64,000 bases of DNA. Source: Desulfuromonadales bacterium (GTDB lineage Bacteria > Desulfobacterota > Desulfuromonadia > Desulfuromonadales > JACZKF01). The stretch lies in assembly GCA_050485365.1 (NCBI GenBank), contig JBJHBH010000001.1, positions 1,101-65,100 on the forward strand. Direction: 5' to 3'. The notes beneath the pieces were generated by a model, which saw only the letters and a program-made list of their open reading frames with translations, was not told the DNA's origin and ran no database searches. Positions 10,541-20,657 of the stretch are shown in pieces; positions within the stretch are counted from its first letter, which is position 1; each line of letters opens with the position of its first letter. Made by a program: the position numbers and the translations under genes.

Positions 10541-12622
10541 TCAGAACGCCATGCGTACGCCGGCCATGACCAGACGCGGCGTACCGGTGAAGATCCCCTC
10601 GGGTGCTCTGGATGAGATGTAATCCTTGTCGAAGAGGTTCTTGACCGATGCCTCGAGGGCGACCGAGGGCGTAAGCTGATAGTCGCCGCTCAGGTTCCAG
10701 ACGCTGTAGGAGGGGATGATTCCCGTGCGGCCGTTGGGGGAACCCTCGACCGTGTTGGCGAAATCGGAAAACTGCTCATCGACGTACTGGTAGTGCACGG
10801 CGGCGCGGACGGGTCCCTGTCGGTAGGTCAGCGCGGCGTTGGCGACATTCTTCGGCGCATAGGGGAGGCGGTTCCCCCGGCGGTCGATGCCGCCGATGAT
10901 GCGTGTGCTGTCGAGCCTGGCGGTGGCGACGTGCGTCCAGTTGGCGTCGAGCCCGAAGCCCCACAGGAGGTCGACGCCGACGCCGACCTCGAATCCCTGG
11001 TTCAGGGTTTCGCCGGCATTCGTCAGGAGGTTGCCGGCCGCCCCGCCGGCTTCGCTGGATTGAATGATCTGGTTGCTGAAGTCGTAGCGGAAGCCGGTGA
11101 TTTCATACGTCAGACGCGGAAGACGGCCACGCAGGCCGATCTCGTAATTGGTGCTGCGCTCGGCATTCAGGTCGACGGCTTCACCGACGTTGCTGACCGC
11201 ATCCGCAACGCGAGGGGGGGCGAAGCCGCGGTGGACGCCGCCGAACAGGATGGCACCATCATGAAATGCATAGGTGGCGCCGACTCCAGGGACCCACTCG
11301 GTGTTGCTCGTTTTGGCGCTCTCCTCGACTCGCGCGTTGGCCCAGCGGTGAATGGTGCGCTCCTGGCGATAGCTCTCGACGCGCAGGCCGGGGGTCACCG
11401 CGAAACGATCGGTGATGTGGAAGCGGTTCTGAAGGAAAAGGGCGATGGCCTCGGCTTCGCGCACATCGTCCTCCCGGATCGTGCCGGAGCGATCCGTGGG
11501 AGCGACGCCGTCGATGCGCTGATTGGTCATTTCCTCGCTGTGAACGCGGACGCCGAGCTCGGCTTCGTTGTAGATGCCGAGAGCGTCGTAGGCGAGCTCC
11601 AGACGGGAGTCGGCGCCCATGACATGCCACTCCCTGAGACGGCCGCCGGTGTTGCCCGCCATCACGTTGTAGCCGGTTTCGGCATCGAACGAGTGCCCTT
11701 CTCGCCACCAGTCGCGAGCGGCATTGTTGAAATAGATCAGGTTGCTCCAAGTGAGGTTCGGCGTGAGGTGGATCTCGTGATTGAGGTCGACCGAGTAGCG
11801 CTTTACCTCCATCCGGTCGTTGGCGGCTCTGTTCAAGCGGGGGTTTTCTTCGAACTCCCGTTGCGTCAGGCCCAGGTAGGTGTTTTGGCTGTCGCGATCG
11901 TAATAGGTGATCTTCGCGCCCACGAACTGGTTGTGACCGATGCCGAAGCCGCCCTTGACCACGACGTCATCGACCCGGAAATCGTTGTTCTGGCGGGCGC
12001 CGTCCCCTTCCTTGCGCAGGTAACTGATGCTCCCCATGGCGTTGTCCCAGGTGCCGCCGTATTCGGCCAGGACCGAACGGTAGCCGCGGTTGCCGCCGGT
12101 AAGTGTCACCGAGCCGCCCGGCTCGTAGGGAGGATTTTTCGTGACATAGTTGATGGCGCCGCCGACAGTGGACGGACCGTAGCGAAGAGACCCGCTCCCC
12201 TTGAGGACTTCGACGCGCTCCATGCGCTCGATGGGGGGGCTGTAGTAGGAGGACGGATCGGTGTAGGGTCCGAGGGCGATGGGCGCGCCGTCCTCGAGGA
12301 GCAAAACCTTCCGGCTCATGTCGGGGCTCAGGCCGCGAACGCCGATGCGGGGATGGAAGCCGTACCCTTCGGTCTCGACGATATTGACACCCGGCACACG
12401 GCGCAGAGCGTCCTGGGCACTGAGGGGCTGGAAGGTTTCAAGATCTTCTTTAGTGACGATGTGGCCGGAGCCCGGAACAAAATCGAGTGCCTCGGCGGTG
12501 CTGCCGATGACGTCGATGGTGGGAAGTCTGGCGGGTTCTTCCGCAAGGACCGGCGCCGCAAGGCCCGTGACCAGTAGCGCAGAGAGAACTGTTGAGGCAA
12601 CGGTTGCCTTTCTAAATTCCAT
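10541..12622 (-). CDS. TonB-dependent outer-membrane receptor (FecA-like iron/siderophore family)
   Basis: Start at MEFRKAT (AAGGAG SD); signal peptide, TonB box LPTIDVIGS, plug DALRRVPGV / ERVEVLKGSGSLRYG, barrel ending NLFDKDY..GVRMAF. Confidence 0.93.
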   Translation of the reverse strand: MEFRKATVASTVLSALLVTGLAAPVLAEEPARLPTIDVIGSTAEALDFVPGSGHIVTKEDLETFQPLSAQDALRRVPGVNIVETEGYGFHPRIGVRGLSPDMSRKVLLLEDGAPIALGPYTDPSSYYSPPIERMERVEVLKGSGSLRYGPSTVGGAINYVTKNPPYEPGGSVTLTGGNRGYRSVLAEYGGTWDNAMGSISYLRKEGDGARQNNDFRVDDVVVKGGFGIGHNQFVGAKITYYDRDSQNTYLGLTQREFEENPRLNRAANDRMEVKRYSVDLNHEIHLTPNLTWSNLIYFNNAARDWWREGHSFDAETGYNVMAGNTGGRLREWHVMGADSRLELAYDALGIYNEAELGVRVHSEEMTNQRIDGVAPTDRSGTIREDDVREAEAIALFLQNRFHITDRFAVTPGLRVESYRQERTIHRWANARVEESAKTSNTEWVPGVGATYAFHDGAILFGGVHRGFAPPRVADAVSNVGEAVDLNAERSTNYEIGLRGRLPRLTYEITGFRYDFSNQIIQSSEAGGAAGNLLTNAGETLNQGFEVGVGVDLLWGFGLDANWTHVATARLDSTRIIGGIDRRGNRLPYAPKNVANAALTYRQGPVRAAVHYQYVDEQFSDFANTVEGSPNGRTGIIPSYSVWNLSGDYQLTPSVALEASVKNLFDKDYISSRAPEGIFTGTPRLVMAGVRMAF

Positions 12623-12821
12623 TGAACACTCCTTGAAGCGAAAAAGACAGTGAAAGCCGATTTCAACAAACATCAACACCTAGGTATCGGAATTGGATCG
12701 AAGCACCTCCCTTCGCACAGCTCACACACGCTGGAATTACTCAGAAGTCAGTCTGAGAATTCAGGTGGTGTGGAGAAAATGGCCCATCAGGGCTGAATTG
12801 AGTCGCTGAAATTGTGAAACC

Positions 12822-12840
12822 GAAAATGAAAATTGTCGTC
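12822..12840. promoter_or_regulatory. Fur-box-like operator upstream of the TonB-dependent receptor
   Basis: GAAAATGAAAATTGTCGTC, 13/19 match to the Fur consensus. Confidence 0.5.
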
Positions 12841-13017
12841 AAGATAGGGGAGGGTCGCGACGCTGTCAAGGAAAAACGCCAGAAAAAAATCCAAAGAACC
12901 GGCTCAGAGGAGGCGTTGTCAGCCCGGGCAGAGCGGACTGCAACGCATTGGAGACGAAAGAGCTACTGGAGGATCGGGAAGACTATCTGTTCGGTCCGGC
13001 CCGCGTCGGCGCACCGC

Positions 13018-13359
13018 TCAAGCATCCGCACCCTTGCTGTAGCGCAGCACCTGGACTTTTTCCATCGTCACCAGGCCGCTCGACATCATGGCATCGAGAT
13101 CCGGCAGGAAGTCCCGGATTTTGGCCTCGGCGTCGACGATCTCGATGATCAGGGGGAGATCTTCGGAGAGGCGCAGGATTTTAGCCGTATGCACTCGGCT
13201 GCCCTGACCGAAGCCCATGGGGCTGCGCAGGACGGTGGCACCGGCGAGATGGCGCTCGCGCGCTTTGAGAACGATCGCTTCGTAAAGAGGGCGACCCTGG
13301 AACCGGTGGTCCTCACCGATGAAGATGCGCAGCAGCATCTCCTCCTGGAGTTGTTTCAT
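13018..13359 (-). CDS. DUF190 (PII-like) protein associated with crcB
   Basis: LLRIFIGED..PLYEAIV..GATVLRSPMGFG..LSEDLPLIIEIVD. Start re-placed at ATG 13359. Confidence 0.9.
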   Translation of the reverse strand: MKQLQEEMLLRIFIGEDHRFQGRPLYEAIVLKARERHLAGATVLRSPMGFGQGSRVHTAKILRLSEDLPLIIEIVDAEAKIRDFLPDLDAMMSSGLVTMEKVQVLRYSKGADA

Positions 13360-13361
13360 CG

Positions 13362-13757
13362 TTACGTCCTCGCGAGGTGGTTGAGCCGGCCGGCCAGCGC
13401 GTGACCGCCCCAGACCGCCAGCAAACAGGTTGTCGTCGTCAGAGTCAGATTGAGCACCCCCAACCATGGGTTGCTCTCGATCAGAGCAAGGCTTTCCAGG
13501 CTCAGAATAGAAAAGGTGGTATAGCCGCCGCAGAAACCGGTCATGATGAACTGCCGGATGTGCATCGGCATCATCACTCGGCTGTCGGCTTCGGTCAGGG
13601 TGGCGACAAAGCCGATCAAAAGCGAACCGGTGACGTTGACGAACAGGGTGTCCCAGGGGAACGGCATCGTCCACAGGTGGCGAAACAGATCGGTGGCCAC
13701 GAAGCGCGCCCCCCCGCCGAGGGCACTTCCGAGTGCGACCCAAGCCCAAATGTTCAT
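13362..13757 (-). CDS. crcB: Fluoride channel Fluc/CrcB, subunit 2
   Basis: GSALGGGAR, FPWDTLFVNVTGS, GFCGGYTTFS. Start re-placed at ATG 13757. Confidence 0.92.
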   Translation of the reverse strand: MNIWAWVALGSALGGGARFVATDLFRHLWTMPFPWDTLFVNVTGSLLIGFVATLTEADSRVMMPMHIRQFIMTGFCGGYTTFSILSLESLALIESNPWLGVLNLTLTTTTCLLAVWGGHALAGRLNHLART

Positions 13758-14188
13758 GTCAGTCCCCCGGGCAGCCCCAGGATCAGGGAGCTCAGACGAA
13801 ACCCCAGCCAAACGCCCAGCATGCAAAGCGCCAGAGAAGCGAAGACATTGATGAGCGCCGACAGCCACTGGGCGTCCCGAACCTGCGCCAAGGTCTGAAG
13901 GGCGAACGAAGAGACGGTCGTGTAGCTGCCGCAAACGCCGACAATCAGAAGTTTCTGCGCCTCGGTGGCTGATGCCAGGGGGGCGGCGCCGGCGGCCAGG
14001 GCCGCGAGAATACCGATCAATACCGCACCGGAGACATTGACCGCCAGCGTACCCCAGGGGAAGCGCTCGCCGAAGCACCGATGGGCAAAGCCCGACACCC
14101 AATAGCGTGCTGTTCCTCCCACGGCGCTGCCGATGAGGACCGCCAACAAGCTGATCACATACTGGTTCAACGCGGAAATGCCTTCCAT
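13754..14188 (-). CDS. crcB: Fluoride channel Fluc/CrcB, subunit 1
   Basis: GSAVGGTARY, FPWGTLAVNVSG, GVCGSYTTVSSF. A tandem pair suggests a heterodimeric Fluc. Confidence 0.92.
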   Translation of the reverse strand: MEGISALNQYVISLLAVLIGSAVGGTARYWVSGFAHRCFGERFPWGTLAVNVSGAVLIGILAALAAGAAPLASATEAQKLLIVGVCGSYTTVSSFALQTLAQVRDAQWLSALINVFASLALCMLGVWLGFRLSSLILGLPGGLT

Positions 14189-14328
14189 GGTTCTCAACTG
14201 AATGGTGCGGCTAGGGAGACCTTATCATATGCAAAAAAACATCTTCATGGGAACGAGTGTTCTGTTTCGCCTGGTATGCCCGAGGATTTCACAGTCCGTA
14301 TGCGTCGCGGCGGCGCAGCAATGCATCG

Positions 14329-15714
14329 TTAAGCGGCGCCCGCAGCGGTGATCATATCCCGCAGCAGCCACGTGGCGATGGAGAAGTAGATCAGCACCCC
14401 GCCGATATCGGCGATGGAGGTGATGAGCGGCGCGCTGGCGGTGGCAGGGTCCATCTTCAGCTTGCTGAGGATGAAGGGGAGCGACATCCCCACCAGGGAG
14501 CCGAACATGACGGTGCACACCATGGTGATGGCGACGACGACGGCGACCTCGGGGCCGGCGCGAAAGACGCCGATGAGGGAGACGGCGGCGGCCATGCTCA
14601 CCCCCAGGACGACGGCGACGCCGACCTCTTTGCCGAGCAGGGCGAACCAGTCCTTCATGTGGGCGCGCCCCGTGGCGAGGGCGCGGATCATGAGGGTCGA
14701 GGCCTGGCTGCCGGCGTTGCCGCCGCTGTCGATGAGGAGCGGCAGGAAGAAGACGAGGGCGACCACCGCCTCGATGGTGTCCTCGAAGTAGGCGATGCCG
14801 GCGCCGGAGAAGATGTTCATAAAGACGAGCACCAGCAGCCAGGGGAGACGCTTCTGCACGATGAGCCAGCTGCTCGCCTCGAGCATGCTGACGCTGCCGA
14901 GCCCGGGGGCCGTGTGCGAGAGGGCGCCCATGCGGTGGAAGTCCTCGGTGGCCTCTTCCTCGGCGACGTCGTGGGCGTCGTCGAAGGTGACGATGCCGAC
15001 CAGCGCCTCGTTGCCGTTGGTGACGGGGATGGCGAGCAGATCGTACTTGGCGAGCTTGCGGGCGACCTCTTCCTGGTCGTCCTCGACGGTGGCGGTGACG
15101 AGCTCGCGGTGCATGATCTCTTCGATGCGCGAGTCGGGGCGCGCCAGGATCAGGTCCTTGAGGGAGACGAGCCCCTGAAGGCGCCGAGCGCCGTCAATGA
15201 CGTAGGCGTAGTAGATCGTCTCTTTGTTCGGCGCCTCGAGGCGCAGCTTGTCGAGGGCCTGGCGGGCTGTGAAGTCGGGGCGCAGCGTGGCGTATTCGGA
15301 GGTCATCACCGCGCCGGCCGTCCCCTCCCGATAGGAGCCGAGCTTGCGGATATCCTCGCGCTCGGTCTTGGCCAGAAGGCGCAGAACTTTCTCGCTGTGG
15401 TCTTCAGGGAGGCGCTGCACCAGGTCGACGCGGTCGTCGGCGTCCATGCGCGAGATGATGCGCGCCAGGCGCTCGTCGGGGATGAGGGCGGCGATCTCGA
15501 CCTGCCTTTCGGGTTCGAAATGCGCAAGGATCTCGGCGTTCTGGTCGGTGTCGAGCACCTCGAGAGCTGCCAGCGCTTCGGTGGGCTCTGCGTCGGCGAG
15601 GACCGGGGCGAGGTCGGCCGGGTGGAGCGAGGCGCAGTAGGCGCGCAGCGCCTCGTGATCGCCGCGGGCGATCAGCTCCTGCAACTCGGGAAGGATCAGG
15701 GACGAGAATTTCAT
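14329..15714 (-). CDS. mgtE: Magnesium transporter MgtE
   Basis: HPADLA, MDADDRVD, GTAGAVMTSEY, CBS pair, LPWLLVL, GGNAGSQ, DPATASAPLITSIADI. Start ATG 15714 with GGAGG SD. Confidence 0.97.
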   Translation of the reverse strand: MKFSSLILPELQELIARGDHEALRAYCASLHPADLAPVLADAEPTEALAALEVLDTDQNAEILAHFEPERQVEIAALIPDERLARIISRMDADDRVDLVQRLPEDHSEKVLRLLAKTEREDIRKLGSYREGTAGAVMTSEYATLRPDFTARQALDKLRLEAPNKETIYYAYVIDGARRLQGLVSLKDLILARPDSRIEEIMHRELVTATVEDDQEEVARKLAKYDLLAIPVTNGNEALVGIVTFDDAHDVAEEEATEDFHRMGALSHTAPGLGSVSMLEASSWLIVQKRLPWLLVLVFMNIFSGAGIAYFEDTIEAVVALVFFLPLLIDSGGNAGSQASTLMIRALATGRAHMKDWFALLGKEVGVAVVLGVSMAAAVSLIGVFRAGPEVAVVVAITMVCTVMFGSLVGMSLPFILSKLKMDPATASAPLITSIADIGGVLIYFSIATWLLRDMITAAGAA

Positions 15715-15715
15715 G

Positions 15716-15759
15716 GTTACCTCCGTGTCGATGCGTCGGCACGCAAAGGACACGGGAGG
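15716..15759 (-). promoter_or_regulatory. Hairpin sequestering the mgtE Shine-Dalgarno
   Basis: Minus strand: CCTCC(C)GTGTC-ctt-TGCGT-gccg-ACGCA-tc-GACACGGAGG-taacc-ATG; the 3' arm contains the GGAGG SD. Confidence 0.6.
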
Positions 15760-15778
15760 ATGAACCGGGGGGCGGGGG

Positions 15779-15883
15779 TCAGCCGGAGGGGTTCAGCGCA
15801 GTCGCAAGCCTTTCGCGCGCGGAAGCGATTGGGGGAATAGTGAATGTTGCGGCATCTAAGCCGTAACTGCCACCTTCGTCCAT
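15779..15883 (-). CDS. Putative 34-aa leader peptide upstream of mgtE (MDEGGSYGLDAATFTIPPIASARERLATALNPSG)
   Basis: ATG with GGAG 6 nt upstream, inside the predicted 5' UTR, stop 20 nt before the SD-sequestering hairpin. Confidence 0.4.
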   Translation of the reverse strand: MDEGGSYGLDAATFTIPPIASARERLATALNPSG

Positions 15884-15948
15884 GTGCGACTCCAAAACGG
15901 GTTGACGATGTGCCCCTGCGAAGGGGCGGCGGATTGAACAACCGAACG

Positions 15949-15978
15949 AGCCTATACCTGCCTGATGATGGGAGTCAA
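15949..15978 (-). promoter_or_regulatory. Sigma70-like promoter for mgtE
   Basis: TTGACT-N18-TAGGCT on the minus strand. Confidence 0.45.
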
Positions 15979-16307
15979 GGGAAATGGAACGCGGATTTTC
16001 GCGAAAAAGGCTCTGATGAAAACCTGATTTTCAAACACCTTGGGGGGCGCGGCTCACATGGCAAGGGTGTCTGGCGCCATGGACGGCGAAAAGCGTCCCT
16101 TGGCATGGGAGTTGTGACCCCATGCTGAACAGGTACAAAATCTTGATGGATTCGCCAAACCTGTTTCACCATCAAGGCGCCAGGAGTGCCAAAAAATCGC
16201 AAAATCAGTATGTTTGTTCTTGTGTCTTGGTGGTGAGATTTTGAATTGAAATCAGATTTTGATCCGCGCGCATCAGATCTTATCCGCGTTCGATTCAGGT
16301 CCTCCCC

Positions 16308-17117
16308 CTAGGGGGCGAAGCTTCCGAAGAGGACGATGAGAAGGACGCCGAGTGCGACGCGGTAGACGACAAAGGGCTGCATCCCGATGCGTTTGATGAA
16401 GGCCAGAAAATAGTGGATGCACAAGAAGGCGCTGATGCCGGCGATGACGGCGCCGATGAACATCGCCGTCCAGTCGGTCCCCTCGGGGAGGCGCATCAGT
16501 TGATACGTCTGCAGGGCGCCGGCCAGGAAGATGACGGGGATGGAGAGCAAAAACGAGAAGCGCGACGCCCCTTCGCGCGAGAGCCCCAGCAGCAGAGCGG
16601 CGGTGATGGTGATCCCCGAGCGCGATGTGCCGGGAAAGAGTGCGAGGGCCTGGGCACAGCCGATGAAGAGGATCCCCGCCCAGGTAAGGCTGAACTCGTC
16701 GCGCTCGCCGCGCTTTCGCCAGTCGCTCCAGGCGAGCAAAAGCCCGAAGCCGATGAGTCCGACGCCGATGAGGACGGGGGAGCGCAGGTTCGTCTCGATG
16801 AACCCCTTGAACAAAAGCCCCGCCAGCCCCACGGGGACCGTCCCGATCAAAATCCCCCAGGCGAGGCGCGACGCGGGGGTTGCCTTGCGGGTGACGAGGG
16901 AGCGCCCCCACTCGGCCGACATCTGCGTCAGGTCGCGGCGGAAATAGGCGACGACGGCGACGAGGGTGCCGACGTGGATGGCGATGTCGAAGGCGAGCCC
17001 CTGATCTTCCCAACTGGTGAAGACCGGCACCAGAATCAAGTGCGCCGAGCTGGAGATGGGGAGAAATTCGGTGATCCCCTGGACGACGGCCAGGATGAAG
17101 ATCTGCAGAAAATCCAT
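16308..17117 (-). CDS. uppP: Undecaprenyl-diphosphate phosphatase UppP/BacA
   Basis: QGITEFLPISSSAHL, HVGTLVA, PGTSRSGITI, SRFSFLLSIP. Confidence 0.97.
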   Translation of the reverse strand: MDFLQIFILAVVQGITEFLPISSSAHLILVPVFTSWEDQGLAFDIAIHVGTLVAVVAYFRRDLTQMSAEWGRSLVTRKATPASRLAWGILIGTVPVGLAGLLFKGFIETNLRSPVLIGVGLIGFGLLLAWSDWRKRGERDEFSLTWAGILFIGCAQALALFPGTSRSGITITAALLLGLSREGASRFSFLLSIPVIFLAGALQTYQLMRLPEGTDWTAMFIGAVIAGISAFLCIHYFLAFIKRIGMQPFVVYRVALGVLLIVLFGSFAP

Positions 17118-17242
17118 CGATTTCCTCGTGTGATAGCCTCGGTATCAAATAGAGCAGAATACATGAGCGATCGCAGAATCGCAACCCGGAAGCGCCCCCG
17201 AAGAGAGCGAAATTCCTTGCCGGCGATTTTTCCTTTTCTCCC

Positions 17243-17294
17243 TTGACCGCCGCGGAAGTTTCGCTATTATCTCTTACTTAGTAATTATTCTGAA
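17243..17294 (+). promoter_or_regulatory. Sigma70 promoter plus PerR/Fur-like operator for rubrerythrin
   Basis: TTGACC-N16-TATTAT, followed by the imperfect palindrome TTAGTAAT-T-ATTCTGAA. Confidence 0.55.
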
Positions 17295-17358
17295 CGGAAG
17301 GGGATACCGACAGGTTCCCTCCGCTCTCCAATCATCATCACCAAAGGAGGCAGGACAG

Positions 17359-17874
17359 ATGGAGAAAACGGCCGCAAACCAGACGGAAAAAGATCTCAAG
17401 GAAGCCTTTGCAGGCGAATCGCAGGCCAACCGCAGTTATCTCGCCTTTGCCGTCAAGGCCGAGCAGGAGGGGCAGCCGGGCATCGCCGCCCTCTTCCGGG
17501 CGGTGGCCGAGGCCGAGACGATCCACGCCCACGCGCATCTGCGGATTCTCGGCGGGGTAAAGACGACCGCCGACAACCTCCAGGAGGCGATCAACGGCGA
17601 GACGCACGAGTTCACCGACATGTACCCGGCGATGATCGAGAACGCCGTCAAATCGGGGAACGAGGGGGCGCGGCGTACCTTTCACTTCGCCAACGAGGTG
17701 GAGAAGGTTCACGCCAAGCTCTTCCAGGCGGCTCTCGAGAAGTTGAACAAGGGCGAGAGTCACAGCGCCGAATACTACGTCTGCAAGGTCTGCGGTCACA
17801 CCGTCGAAGGGGAGCCCGACGGCCCCTGTCCGACCTGCAACGCCAACAAGAGCGCCTTCTACAAGGTCGGCTGA
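17359..17874 (+). CDS. rbr: Rubrerythrin
   Basis: Di-iron motifs EAFAGESQA, ETIHA, GETHE, EKVH; C-terminal CKVCGH..CPTC rubredoxin site. Confidence 0.96.
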   Translation: MEKTAANQTEKDLKEAFAGESQANRSYLAFAVKAEQEGQPGIAALFRAVAEAETIHAHAHLRILGGVKTTADNLQEAINGETHEFTDMYPAMIENAVKSGNEGARRTFHFANEVEKVHAKLFQAALEKLNKGESHSAEYYVCKVCGHTVEGEPDGPCPTCNANKSAFYKVG

Positions 17875-17901
17875 GTCTTTTTCGGCACTGCGCGCTGCAA
17901 C

Positions 17902-17937
17902 CGAAGGCCCGCACGCCCGATGACGTGCGGGCCTTCG
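17902..17937. terminator. 14-bp perfect hairpin between convergent rbr and DGC genes
   Basis: CGAAGGCCCGCACG-N8-CGTGCGGGCCTTCG; no clear U-tract. Confidence 0.6.
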
Positions 17938-17952
17938 TGCGTCCGGGGCGCC

Positions 17953-19044
<1,092 letters not shown>

Positions 19045-19053
19045 GGGGGGCCT

Positions 19054-20175
19054 TCACTGCGGGTCGACGTCGAGCAGATGGGTCGCCCCGCCGTTCTCCA
19101 GGCGGTTGATGACCACCGGCTTGCGCGGATCGCCGACCTCGTCGAAGCGGATCGGCCCCGTGACCCCCGGAAAATCCCGGGTGGCCGCCAGGGCGGCGCG
19201 CACCTTTTCGGGATCGAAAGTGCCGGCCCGCCGCACCGCGTCCGCCCAGAGCATCAACGCATCGTAGCTCAAGGGGATGGTGTTCTGCCGAATGGTGCCG
19301 TGGCGCGCCTCGTAGCGCTCGACGAAGCGCCGCGACTCAGGGCGCGGGCTCTCCCGGTGCCAGTGGTTTGTGTAGTAGATCCCCTCGGCCAGATCGCCGA
19401 TGTAGTCGTAAAGACGGATCGAGAGTCCGTCTCCGCCCACGATCGTCGTTGCGATCCCCATGGCGCGCGCCTGGCTGATGAGGAAGGAGGAGTCGCGGTA
19501 GTCGCCGGGGATGAAGAGGATGTCGGGGGCGAGGCGCTTCGCCTGCGTGAGCAGCGCCTCGAAGTCCGAGGCGTCGAGGAGAAAATTGCCCTGCCAGACG
19601 ATCTCGCCCCCCTTCGCGACAAAGCTCTCGGCGAAAACCGAAGCGAGATCGGTGCTGTACTTGCGGCTGACGTTGACGAGCATCACGGCGGTGCGGGCGC
19701 CGAGAACGTCTCGGGCGTAGGCGGCCATCGCCGCACCCTGCGCCGGATCGGTGTAGCAGACCCGAAAGATGAAGTCGCCGACGCGGGTGACTTCCGGGTG
19801 GGTTGAGATCGGGGTGATCATCGGGATCTTCGCCGCCTGCAGCGGCGCAGCCATGGCGAGGGAGTGCTCGCTCCACGACGCGCCGATCACCGCCGCGACC
19901 TGCGCCTCGATCGCCCGAAGCGCCGCCTGATGCGAACCGATGGCCGTACTGCCGTTGTCGATCTCCAGCAGATCGATGCGCGACCCCAGCAATCCTCCGG
20001 CGGCGTTGATCTCCTCGGCGGCGAACCGCACGGCCTCGAACAGTACCCGGTTCGACGGGGCCGCATCGCCGCTTTGCGCGGCGACGACCGCCACCGTCAC
20101 CGTGCCGGTGAGCGCAGGGGAGGGCAGGAGCAGGGCTGAAACAAAGGCGATCGCCGCCAGCGAGATCCGATTCAT
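19054..20175 (-). CDS. LivJ-type (branched-chain amino acid family) periplasmic binding protein
   Basis: Signal peptide from MNRISL, EEINAAGGLLG, FRVCYTD..QG, YDALML, FPGVTGPIRFD..GDP. Confidence 0.9.
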   Translation of the reverse strand: MNRISLAAIAFVSALLLPSPALTGTVTVAVVAAQSGDAAPSNRVLFEAVRFAAEEINAAGGLLGSRIDLLEIDNGSTAIGSHQAALRAIEAQVAAVIGASWSEHSLAMAAPLQAAKIPMITPISTHPEVTRVGDFIFRVCYTDPAQGAAMAAYARDVLGARTAVMLVNVSRKYSTDLASVFAESFVAKGGEIVWQGNFLLDASDFEALLTQAKRLAPDILFIPGDYRDSSFLISQARAMGIATTIVGGDGLSIRLYDYIGDLAEGIYYTNHWHRESPRPESRRFVERYEARHGTIRQNTIPLSYDALMLWADAVRRAGTFDPEKVRAALAATRDFPGVTGPIRFDEVGDPRKPVVINRLENGGATHLLDVDPQ

Positions 20176-20326
20176 GACTTTCCTGACATCCAAAGTGAGA
20201 ACAAAGGTTGAGCGCGGTCTTTCATTGTAGCACTGAGACGTTCGATTCATCCCGCGCAGGCAGCGGGAGGTTTTCAGCAGATTGTGATAGAATTTGTCTC
20301 GAATGACAATGAAAAGGAGACAGATC

Positions 20327-20542
20327 ATGGCGGATCGGTTCTCGAAAGCCGTGCGAGAGTTGCACGAAAGATCACCCTTTGTCTGCGAAAGCTGCGGTCA
20401 CCACGACATCCCTCACACGCAGAAGGCGATGGCCGCCCTGGGCGGCGAAGGCCTCACCGACCGCTTCTCCGAGGCGGTCGAAGAGATGGCCGAAAAATCC
20501 GCCTTCTTCTGCGAAAGCTGCAGGTGCGCGACCCGTCACTGA
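20327..20542 (+). CDS. 71-aa miniprotein with two DRFSxAVxExxExSxFxCxSC repeats
   Basis: AAGGAG SD before ATG 20327; internal repeat; paralog immediately downstream. Confidence 0.8.
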   Translation: MADRFSKAVRELHERSPFVCESCGHHDIPHTQKAMAALGGEGLTDRFSEAVEEMAEKSAFFCESCRCATRH

Positions 20543-20657
20543 TGTGGTCGCGCACCAGGGTCCGGCGCGAAAAAATCCCCGATTCCGAAAAGATTTCGGG
20601 GGATTATGGTAAAATGAGTGCAAGGACCATACTATGGAATAGAAAGGAGCAGGGGTC

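Noticed and set aside
13018-14102. Apparent 243-aa and 246-aa fusion ORFs
   Set aside because: Upstream in-frame starts overlap the crcB genes in other frames; the true genes are DUF190 (from 13359) and crcB2 (from 13757).
15760-16270. M-box (ykoK) riboswitch upstream of mgtE
   Set aside because: I could not find the conserved TTAGGTGAGGCTCC..GCTAAAGCT core; a cmsearch with RF00380 would settle it.
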